Assembly: GCF_025526975.1 (NCBI RefSeq)
Contig: NW_026515702.1
Coordinates: 186,001 to 250,000 of the forward strand
Reading direction: 5' to 3'
DNA from: Fimicolochytrium jonesii
Taxonomy: Eukaryota
Length of the DNA stretch: 64,000 nucleotides
Shown here: positions 41,962 to 50,731 of the stretch, piece by piece
How positions within the stretch are numbered: the stretch's first letter is position 1
How the letters are laid out: each line of letters starts with the position of its first letter
Made by a program: the position numbers and the translations under genes
Notes under the pieces: model-generated
What the model saw: only the letters and a program-made list of their open reading frames with translations
What the model was told of the DNA's origin: nothing
The model's database searches: none

Positions 41962-41982
41962 TGGGATGGGGTGAAATCTAGA

Positions 41983-44911
41983 CTACCTACGGTTACGGGA
42001 GAATGCGTCTGGTCTGCGGCCATTGCCAAACACCACCGAACGCACAATCGAGAGGAAATTCTTGGTGCTCAGGACGTCCCGATTGTGCACTTTCATCCGT
42101 AGTGGTTGTCTCCCAGGGATCTCAAATGGCGTCCAGTCTTGGTTGATACATTCGGGGTTGGGGCAACCCACCAATCCATGGACGTATTCCATTCTTCCCG
42201 TTCTAGCTTGCCACGGCCGAGGTGATAGCCGTCGTCGGATGTTTTTCTTCACACGACCGTGGCAGTCGGGGCACACGGACGACGTTCGATACTCATCTAG
42301 CAAGTAACATGGAATGCCGTTTCTCGCAAAGAGTGTGCGGAATCTGTTCCATGATGAGTTAGCATATTATAGTACATAAAAAACAATGATGGTCACTCAC
42401 CCCTTGGTCTTCGATGACTCCTGAAAGCGCATCGTTTTCCCAGCATCGCTCCAATCACCCAAGATGACCGAAAAATGCTTTCCATACCGGCGTCGCATGT
42501 TCTTAATGAGCTTGCTCTCAGACTTTTGCCGCAGTGAGAACGCCTTGAATCTGCGAGCGATGTGAATCTCATCCCGGTAAAACTCATCCAGGGCGGGATC
42601 TGGGATATGGATGGATGTCAGCCCATGTATTACTAAATTTGAAGATCAAAATTGAAGTAGAACATCATACCCGCATGTACGTGATCCACAATGAATGCTG
42701 AGAACGCCTCGATGTTCATGCTCTTGTGCGACGGAATATGTGATTCCATGTCAGCGATGCCGGCATTGATCTTTCGCTCTCTCATGTCTCTTTGAAAGTA
42801 CCGAGACTTTGTCTCGACCGCCCGTTGATTGGATGTGTATCTGATATGGGGTGGTGCATTGTGAGAACGCTGCAACGGAATGTCGCCGCAATGGGGATGG
42901 TGGGGATAGGGGCGGTGGGAGCGGCAGCGGAGACGGGGGGCTGGGGGGCGGAGACGGGGGGCTGGGGGGCGGAGACGGGGGGCTGGGGGGCGGAGACGGG
43001 GGGCTGGGGGGCGGAGACGGGGGGCTGGGGGGCGGAGACGGGGGGCTGGGGGGCGGAGACGGGGGGCTGGGGGGCGGAGACGGGGGACTGGGGGGCGGAG
43101 ACGGGGGGGGGTAGCGGAGACAGCAGGGCAGTAGTAATCAACTGAAACGTATTGAAATGGCCGCTCCTTCTTGATGTCTCGACAGAACAAGAGGTCACGC
43201 TTGCCCGGATCAATGCTGACGATGTTTGGAGCCTCCCTTAGTTCGGCGATGTGGTGCTCAAAATACAGCTGTTTGACTTCTTCCTGCATTTGGGCTTTGC
43301 TGCGCTTCCGGGCCCGATGGCCGTACTTGAGCCCTGGCTTCTTGAAGTGGATGGTAGCGGAATACCCATTTGTGCTGATTGACCCGTCAAATTTGAGACC
43401 AAGCTTCTTTCGATCCTTGAAGACCTTGTCCTGCAATCCGTCATTCAGCGAGGTGATTGTGAGGTGATTGAAATAAGCGCAGAAGGATAGAGACTTACAT
43501 TCACGTTGAGAACTGTCCCCACAGCTGCTGCTTGCGTTGATCGGTGAGTTTCCCCATGCGACGTTGGGGCAAGCCCAGGATATGAGTGGCTAGGATCTTC
43601 GTGTCGATCCGAACGGATGACTGGATTCAAGATTTGCAAGAAAACAGCCGCATTCCACGGCGCTCATAGAGGCGTGAGAGCTCACAATAGGCACCTGTGA
43701 TGAGGCGAGGCAGGTGCGGACCATGATTAGACAAAAGCGGAACCCGCGGGGAGGGGGGGGACGGAAATATACTAACTCACCTAAATATGGCATTGCGTCC
43801 ACCGCAAGGCTGTACGCAAGCGGCTCATCCTGGGGAGGAAACCGAGCCCATAACTCGTCGAGGACGGTCCGCTCAAGTCGTGTGAGGCGCACAAGCTCCT
43901 CTTCAGTTGGGTACTCTTCAAACGTCGCGTACTTTGTAAATTGACGGACCCGCTGATAATACTGTCTCCGCTGCGCTCGGCTGGTTCTGGCTCTACGGAG
44001 ATGCAGTACGACTTGCTTCAAACCAAGCCTCTCATTGACGTAGCGCAGAAACATTTGCATGAAATGCTCTTGTACGTTAACTTTGAGGTTTGCAAGGATG
44101 CTCGTAGCCGTGTACGCTGCGGTCTGTTGGCAATTTCGCATGCGGATGGGGGCAAATCCGTGAACATTACAGTAGTCTTGAACCCATGGACGCAACTCTT
44201 GCGCAATGAGCGGATTGCCGTTGTAGTTTGGATTGTTGAGCAGCTCAAACATCACGCTGATGTGCTTGTCGGTGATGTCCGGGAAATTGTGTAGAGGATG
44301 ATCAGCTGTGGTGGGCATTGCGGTCAGGACATTGTTTTATGGGAAATATACAGTATAGTGTACCTCAAAAACTCACCAAGGTAGTACTTGATAAAGAAGG
44401 TGGTGTGGCGTGCAAGGACGTGAACATCGGCGATGAACGTTGTCAGGCGCTCCCTTTGGACTTGATTGTGATTTTGGATTCGGTGAAGGGAAACCTTTGT
44501 GCTGGCGTGTGTCTGCGGGCGGGGTCGTTGAGCTGGTGGTGGTGGCGGGGGTTCAAGCACCAGGGATCCACCCGGTGTGCTGGGAAAACGGAAAGGGATG
44601 GGCGCGGGGAGGTTCGGTGGGCGCTGCAGACCCCTGTCCACGGGTGAAAGCCCTCGCTGCTGCTGGTGCTGTTGCCCGTCTTCATCGCCAGAGCTCTCGC
44701 TAACCATGTCTGCAATTGCTTGGGGCAAGTGGCGCTGGACAGAAGGTGGGAAATCGAATCGCGGGGGTTGCATTGGTGTCTGCACAGCGGTTGGCGGATT
44801 TATGGGCAGCCGCAGGGTAACCGGAGTAACCTTCCTCCTCTTCCGCCGTGGTGTTTGTCCCGTAAAGAAGCCACCCCACCGGTGCCCCTGGAGCGCCTGG
44901 TGTGATGACAT
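41983..44911 (-). pseudogene. Fanzor1 RNA-guided endonuclease (TnpB/Cas12-related, SpuFz1-like), 6 exons, apparently disrupted
   Basis: Exons 44911-44377, 44305-43781, 43694-43499, 43430-42671, 42599-42401 and 42343-41983, all with GT-AG introns. Motifs: NLKVNVQEHFMQMFLRYVN, VRIDT, FDGSISTNG, RuvC-I SIDPGKRDLLFC, RQKSESKLI, GDWSDAG, RuvC-II LLDEYRTSSVCPDC, VHGLVGCPNPEC and RuvC-III NRDVLSTKN. There is an in-frame TGA at 43627-43629 and a -1 frameshift at about 43517-43520. Confidence 0.92.
42927..43121. repeat. 21-bp G-rich minisatellite (GCGGAGACGGGGGGCTGGGGG) with about 8.5 copies inside Fanzor exon 4
   Basis: Seven identical units, one single-mismatch unit and a partial unit, with no spacers. 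Confidence 0.95.
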
Positions 44912-45208
44912 GATGGCCGTGCTGTGCCTTAAGTTCAGCCGAGACAGGTGTTGCAGGTGATCGCCTTGATAGCTGTGTGTCAAAGAACTCAGTGCTGTGG
45001 TAATGAAGCTGAGAACAGTGAGGAATTGCGGTTGTTACCTGGTGGTGGTTGGCGAGTACACATCTGCTTGCAATTGCGCTGGGTTCCGGTAAGGCCGAGC
45101 GTGAAGGCTGTAAGCAGTGTACAGTAAGGAGCGTGAGGAGCGCGAAGAGTGAGGAAGAGCCAGAGTGGGGATCCCCACGTTCTTTTACACGCGTGTAAAG
45201 GATGTGGG

Positions 45209-45639
45209 TGTTGTGGAACCGACCTCGTCCACTTCCGCAAATCGTATCAAGGGTCGGAGAAGGGTTTGTATTGCGAAGCGACTTCCACACACTTAAAGAT
45301 ACAAGAAGCAGGGGGGTGGGTGGGTTTTGAACTGATCTACGATTTGCGGATAACGTTCGTGGGAAAAAAAGGGAACGGAGCAGAAGAAAGAAAGTAGAAA
45401 GAAGGAAGCCTGCACAGTTTGTCATCTGCAGTCCGCAGTCACGTGTCCTCGGTCGATTTATTCGCGGGGCAAAATGCAATCGTTACTTTATTCCCCTTTC
45501 ACACACACCACTCGTTTTATAGACATTCAATCGGACGGTCTGCCCACACACACAACCAGCTCTCTATCTGCAGAGAAGAAAAAGGGGGGTATGGTAGCTA
45601 TAAAAAGGAAGCTGTGGCTGAAACTGGCTGTTTACAACA
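45209..45639 (-). repeat. 3' LTR (431 bp)
   Basis: Starts TGTTGTGGAAC and ends TTTACAACA, adjacent to the PPT. Minus-strand TATAAAA at 45515-45521 and AATAAA at 45487-45492. Confidence 0.8.
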
Positions 45640-45732
45640 CTCCCTCTCAGACTGCGGATCAAATTCAGTCCGCAGTCGCCGTCGCAGTCGCTCTGCATGA
45701 TCCCATAGAACGTTCCGCTCTCAACTTCCGCA

Positions 45733-45822
45733 ATCGCTTGAGTCCAGATCGGAGTAGGAGCCGGACTCGAGATTCGCTCTTCAAGTCACGATCGCTTGAG
45801 TCCAGATCGGAGTAGGAGCCGG
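45733..45822. repeat. 32-bp direct repeat x2 in the copia 3' region
   Basis: ATCGCTTGAGTCCAGATCGGAGTAGGAGCCGG at 45733-45764 and 45791-45822. Confidence 0.9.
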
Positions 45823-46062
45823 GGTCGCGATTCGTTACGCCCTGAACTTTACGCCATCAACTTCCGCCATCGCTTCCGCCATCGCTGATCTCGACCCTTC
45901 CAGTGCTGAGCACGACCGCCGCTTGCGGGAGGTCGACCGGCATGGGATGTGTTGTCGCTTCGCCGTCGTAGTCGTGAATGCCTCGGTAAAAACTCTCCCA
46001 GTCGCAAAAACCTCCGTGAGGAAAAATAGATCCTGGGAGTAGGAAAAGAGCGCATCGCTGTA

Positions 46063-46440
46063 TCAGGCAACATTGGCCTTTCGGCGCAACCCTAGAGCGT
46101 GAACAAACTTCCAGTGTTTGTTTTCATCTAGGGATTTGGTAAATATATCCGCAACGTTGTCGTGCGTATTGATCTGAGTGATTTCTAGGGCAGCGGCGGC
46201 GGCGGCGGGGGCTTCTCTGGCGTTTGGCGTAGTAGCTGCGTTAACTGTGTTGGCTCTCGCTCTGATGAGTTTGATGTCTTCGTCCTTGAAGGCGAGAGGC
46301 ATAGTGGTTTGAAGTTCATTCCATTCCATGAATGCTTTAATCTCATCTTTCCAGATTTGGTAGTTTTCGCCGTTGGCAGAAAGGACCTCTACATGGTTCA
46401 ATTTGGAGGCGGCAACAGTGGCGTTAGTGGTGGATGACAT
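46063..46440 (-). CDS. Copia gag N-terminus fused in frame to RNase H C-terminus (125 aa deletion derivative)
   Basis: LSANGENYQIWKDEIKAFM (copia gag start) is joined to ITQINTHDNVADIFTKSL...HWKFVHALGL (copia RNase H end). Confidence 0.8.
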   Translation of the reverse strand: MSSTTNATVAASKLNHVEVLSANGENYQIWKDEIKAFMEWNELQTTMPLAFKDEDIKLIRARANTVNAATTPNAREAPAAAAAALEITQINTHDNVADIFTKSLDENKHWKFVHALGLRRKANVA

Positions 46441-46640
46441 GGTTAGATTTTTAGGGTAAGCGTCTTGTTTTGTTGTTTTAGAATGTGTAGATTTTTCGCC
46501 AGTGGGATTGGGGGATTTTTTTTTTTTTGTGTAGTAGCGTAGGCGGTCTGGCTCTAGCTCGTAGGTGGAATGGGTTTTGGCGTAGGTGGTCTTTCTCTAG
46601 AGTAGGACGCAGAGTAGAATGGTCTATGGTGCTGATAACG

Positions 46641-46803
46641 TGTTGTGGAACTCGTTACTTTATTCCCCTTTTACACACACCACTCGTTTTATAGACATTC
46701 GATCGGACGGTGTGCGCACACACACACACACACACAGAAAAGAAAAAGTGAGGGTACGGTAACTATAAAAGGCAGCTGTGGCTGGAACGGGTTGTTTATA
46801 ACA
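46641..46803 (-). repeat. 5' LTR copy (163 bp, lacks about 260 bp present in the other LTR)
   Basis: TGTTGTGGAAC is joined directly to TCGTTACTTTATT. It ends TTTATAACA and is flanked by the PBS on one side and a second PPT on the other. Confidence 0.8.
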
Positions 46804-46868
46804 CTCCCTCTCAGACTGCAGATCGAATTCAGTCGCCGTCGCCGTCGTAGTCGCTCTGCATTCTGATC

Positions 46869-47930
46869 TCATGGAACGTTCGCGATTCGCTCTATGATGA
46901 GAGAGTGTGTCAGGAGCAGTGGAGATGGCGGAGACAGTTGTCTCAGAAACAATGATGAACTCACCCTCACGCAAATGCATAATCCTCCTCCTCCCACAAC
47001 TCGGAGCCCGCTGTCTCGTCGCCACCAGATGTAGATCCGTATGACGACACGGACTCCGAGTGTGGGAGGCTCCACCGACGTATACTCCTCGTCGTCATCC
47101 TTGGCGTCGTCGGAGGCCGGGGTGAAGGCCCGCGCTTCCTCTGCCTTCTGCTTTGCTGCGGCCAGGTGCGCTCTGTGGGCGTCGTAGAGGGGTGTCGTGT
47201 GGGCCTTCATCGCCTGGCGTGTTGCTGATCCGCACGTCTCCCTCACTAGCTTTCCCAACGCCCTCCAGTGCCCCTCCTCCTCTTCAAGCGCGGCCAGCTC
47301 CTCCTGCGCCATCTCGTCATACCCCTCCTCCTCGTCACCGGTCGTCGGGGTGGGCGCTGCTGCTGCTGCTGCTGCGGCTGCGACCCCTGCTATGGCGGCA
47401 GCGCGGGTGGGGCGGGTGGGGATGGGGGCAGGGTTGAGAAGGGCGGAGATTGGGGCGGGGTTGAGGAGGCTGGTGATTGCAGGGGGGTTAGGGATAGGGG
47501 CGGTGGGAGCGGCAGCGGCGACGGGAGGCTGGGGGGCGGAGACGTGGGGAGCGGCGGCAGAGACGGGGGGTTGGGCGGTGGAGACGGGGGTTGGGATGGT
47601 GGAGACGGGGGGATGGTGGGCGGAGACGGGGGGCTGGCGGGTGAGGTGCGTGGTGGCTGGGGCGGGTGCGGGGAGGGTGGTTGAGGGGACGACGGGTTTG
47701 CCCGGGAGAGCGGCGATGGCATCCAGATATGCCTGCGCGCGCCCACACTTATTGCAGGCCGCCCTGGCTGTCTTGACGTTGTTCACAATGCCCGTTCGCC
47801 ACGCGGCGAACGTCCGAGCCCCGCAAACAACGCGTACTCCTCCAGGAGCAAGGCAGGAGGAGTTTCGGTTGTCCCTACCCCTCCCTGCTCCAGCACCAGA
47901 TTGAGTTTGGCGTGGGGGCGCTTTGGGCAT
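46869..47930 (-). CDS. Orphan ORF with Cys-containing N-terminus, PPVSA-type repeats, poly-Ala and acidic helical region; 3' end probably truncated
   Basis: Long open frame with ATG at 47930 after a (CAA)n tract. It has a CNKC motif, degenerate 21-bp repeats and runs into copia-derived sequence near 46890. Confidence 0.5.
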   Translation of the reverse strand: MPKAPPRQTQSGAGAGRGRDNRNSSCLAPGGVRVVCGARTFAAWRTGIVNNVKTARAACNKCGRAQAYLDAIAALPGKPVVPSTTLPAPAPATTHLTRQPPVSAHHPPVSTIPTPVSTAQPPVSAAAPHVSAPQPPVAAAAPTAPIPNPPAITSLLNPAPISALLNPAPIPTRPTRAAAIAGVAAAAAAAAAPTPTTGDEEEGYDEMAQEELAALEEEEGHWRALGKLVRETCGSATRQAMKAHTTPLYDAHRAHLAAAKQKAEEARAFTPASDDAKDDDEEYTSVEPPTLGVRVVIRIYIWWRRDSGLRVVGGGGLCICVRVSSSLFLRQLSPPSPLLLTHSLIIERIANVP

Positions 47931-47931
47931 G

Positions 47932-48000
47932 GTTGTTGTCGTTGTTGTCGTTGTTGTTGTGTTGTCGTTGTTGTTGTTGTGTTGTCGTTGTTGTTGTTGC
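47932..48000. repeat. Imperfect (GTT)n microsatellite
   Basis: Run of gttgttgtc/gttgttgtt units. Confidence 0.85.
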
Positions 48001-48473
48001 TGTGTCGGGGTGTGGATCTCGGCGTGTGCTGAGGTTGGAAGAAGAGAGCGCGAGGAGGAGGTCTCAGAGACAGGGACCGCAAAAGTAGGTAGGTTTGACA
48101 GTATTTTGACAGTGTAGGCATATATATACAGTGTAGGCATATACGGTACAGGTGGCCAAAAGAGCGTCCGAGAGAGCGTTCCATCACGTGGGTTTCATCA
48201 CGTGAGCGTTGCGCAGGCTTTAATAAGTCTGATACCCGTGGTGATTTGTTGAGCGGATGTGTCACTGTGCGGCGAGATAGCGTCAGAAACCCCCCCGTTC
48301 ACGAGGACCGGAGTATACCTTTTACAATTCATCGCAGCCACGACCACTCGCCCAAGTGCATTCTATTCAAAAACAGTGCATTTTCCCACCCCCCCCATCA
48401 TACGCCGCAATCCAATCCCAACCCAACCCCATTTTTCTCCCTGCCTCCCCAAAAAAACAAGCGCCCGAAGCCG

Positions 48474-50106
48474 TCATATCGCAAAATAGGTATCCCCCAT
48501 CGTATACACCAGGCTCGCATTCACCAACTGTATTCCAAAGAAGTTCAAATCAACCAATCAGTCAGTCCCCACGACCGTCTCATCCCAAAGACCTCAGAGC
48601 AACAAACTCACATTGTCAACAGCGGCCCTAACATCCCCCTCACCCACGCCAAACACTTTCCCAAGCACTTCCAAATTCGCGCCGGTCTCCGCTGTTCGTA
48701 GATATTGTTCAATCCGCGTTTGTAGTGTCATTGTTGAAGAGTGGGCGGGAGGGCGTGATATAGTGATGGCGGCATCGTTGGCGGACGCGGCAGAGGCGGC
48801 ATCGATGGCGCCCATGAGTTCTTCGAGGTCTTTGTCTTCGAGGAGGGAGTCCATTAGGTCGTCTATGTTTAGGTCTTCGGGTTTTACGTCGGTGGGGGGT
48901 GGTGGGGCGGTGTTGATGGGTGGGTCGGGGGCGGGTGGGGTTGTGGTTGCGTTGTGGTGTGGAGGGTCTGGGTGGACTGTTGAAGAATCCAAGCAGATGC
49001 GTTAGACGACGGCAATGGGGATGACCGATCAATGAAGCGCAACTTACGCTGCTCAGCATAACTGAACGCCAGCCGATCTTCCTCCCATCGACGTTTCGTT
49101 GGAATCGTTTTTGTCTGCCGTCCGTCAGCAGCGTTCGAGGTGTGTTGATTTTCGCCACCGTTTGATGTCTTGGGGAAGTAGTGGTCCCGGTATAGGCGCA
49201 TGGCTTCTAGGGGACGGAGGATCTCGATCAGGACGTCTTGGCAGATGCTGAACCTGTGAAGAGAGAGGAAGCGATTGCACACACAACGCGATGAGTCCGA
49301 CGACGATCAAAACGCTTTGTGGCTGATTTCCCTCGCGATGAGATGATGAGTCTCATCAAGGGATGTGCGGAAGCGTTCTTGCGCCCGCTGCACAATGCAG
49401 GGCTCGCTTTCCTCCCACTCGCCGAGCGCGGAGCCTTACCCATCCCTCTCGCCCCTCCCATTGTCGAGGAATCCCTCCAGCGGAAGTAAACGTACCCAGT
49501 GCACTCAACCCATCGCCGCTGCTCGCCCTGTTTCTCCCCCTGAAACACATATCCCTTCCTCAGCGTCCCCAGAACATCCACCATGGCACCCTTCACCAGC
49601 CGCTGAGCTCTCGCGGAATGCTCGAGGTGTGTTGGCAGCGAGAACGAAATCAATCCCGTCCCGTCATCTATCAATAGATCGCGTGGGTGTTATTCATCGG
49701 TTTTCAGGCTCCACACCTCGTTTTGTCCCACCCCAACTCTCACCCTTGACTAACCGAGAACAAACGAATGCGAAGGAAACATCATTTCCCGCAATCGTCT
49801 CGACTTGTCCTCCTCGCCCGGCTGAGCCCCGTACCGCCTTTCGGACGGTGGTTCCGGTGCGGCCATCACGATAGCGACGATTATACCCGACACGCGCACA
49901 TTTTGGAATTCAAGCGGTGGGTTGCCTATTTGGAAGACGGGGGGTTGGGATGGGAGTGGCCGTTGCTTGTTGTTGGTGGTTGTTTTCTTGTTTCGGCGGG
50001 TGGTTGAGGATAGGGGTTGTTGGACGGGTGTTGCGGCGAGGAGGTCACGGATGAAGAGCACCCTGTGGACGGCGGGGTCAGTTCTGTTGAAGGAGGGAGT
50101 GCTCAT
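48474..50106 (-). CDS. OB-fold ssDNA-binding protein, STN1/RPA32-like, with C-terminal winged helix, multi-exon
   Basis: DPAVHRVLFIRDLL, NVRVSGIIVAI, IDDGTGLI, GAMVDVLGTL and EAMRLYRDHY are STN1-like. The C-terminal GANLEVLGKVFGVGEGDVRAAVDN|LVNASLVYTMGDTYFAI* resembles a winged helix. Confidence 0.7.
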
Positions 50107-50731
50107 GCTGCTGCTCTTTGTCGTTGGTTGAGGGAGGGAGCCCCTGGAGTGTGTGTTTGTGAGCCTTCTGGCCGGCTGTTTGTTGTGCGTCCCGGCTGCT
50201 CTCCTTGAGACTCCATCTGCTTCTTAGGGTTCCAGATGGGTTCCAGATGGGGTTCTGCATAGGGAGTCATCGGGCGCCGCGCGGAGGTGTCCCACTCAGC
50301 GTGTTCTTCAGTCCCGTCCGGGTGGGCTGCATGTCCTTCGTCTCCTTGCTTTTACGCCACCCCCCCCCCCCCCGGAGTCATCACGGAGACAAGCAGGTGG
50401 GGAGAGCCACATCCACCCCTCTCCCTCACCCACTCACCCACCCACTCGCACTCGCACTCGCACTCGCACTACCCCCACACTCGCCGTGAATGCCCGCCAT
50501 CAACGCCATCCTGCGTTCCTCGCGTGACTCGGACGACCTCGGAAAGGGAACCGGAAAGGGAAAGGGAAAGGGACACCGAAACGGAGAGAGACCCGGAACG
50601 GGAAAAAGGAAGGATTTGACACGGGAACCACTTCGGGCGTTCGTCGCGTGAGCTTCAGTCATCTGGTCGGAACGTCTCGTCCTACCGCGTGTGTGGAAAA
50701 AAAAACCCCCCATTTCCATTCTCAGAGACAC

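Larger units (their letters stand above)
41799..45208 (-). mobile_element. Fanzor1-encoding non-autonomous DNA transposon (ends approximate, no transposase seen)
   Basis: Fanzor gene plus downstream scaffold ending at a TA. An imperfect inverted match to that end (CCACGTTCTTTTAC at 45175-45188 vs GTAGAGAAACGTGG at 41801-41814, 11/14) lies among palindromes upstream. Confidence 0.45.
45209..46803 (-). mobile_element. Internally deleted (non-autonomous) Ty1/copia LTR retrotransposon
   Basis: Two homologous LTRs with TGTTG...AACA ends (45209-45639 and 46641-46803), PBS at 46627-46640, PPT at 45640-45648 (GAGAGGGAG on minus), and an internal gag/RNase H fusion ORF. Confidence 0.85.

Noticed and set aside
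42927..43121. 21-bp repeats next to a Cas12-like nuclease as a CRISPR array
   Set aside because: The units are head-to-tail with no unique spacers and lie inside the coding region, so this is a minisatellite.
45733..45822. 32-bp direct repeats with a 26-bp gap as a mini CRISPR array
   Set aside because: There are only two copies, similarity extends into the flanks (58-bp tandem duplication), and it lies inside a copia 3' region in a eukaryote.
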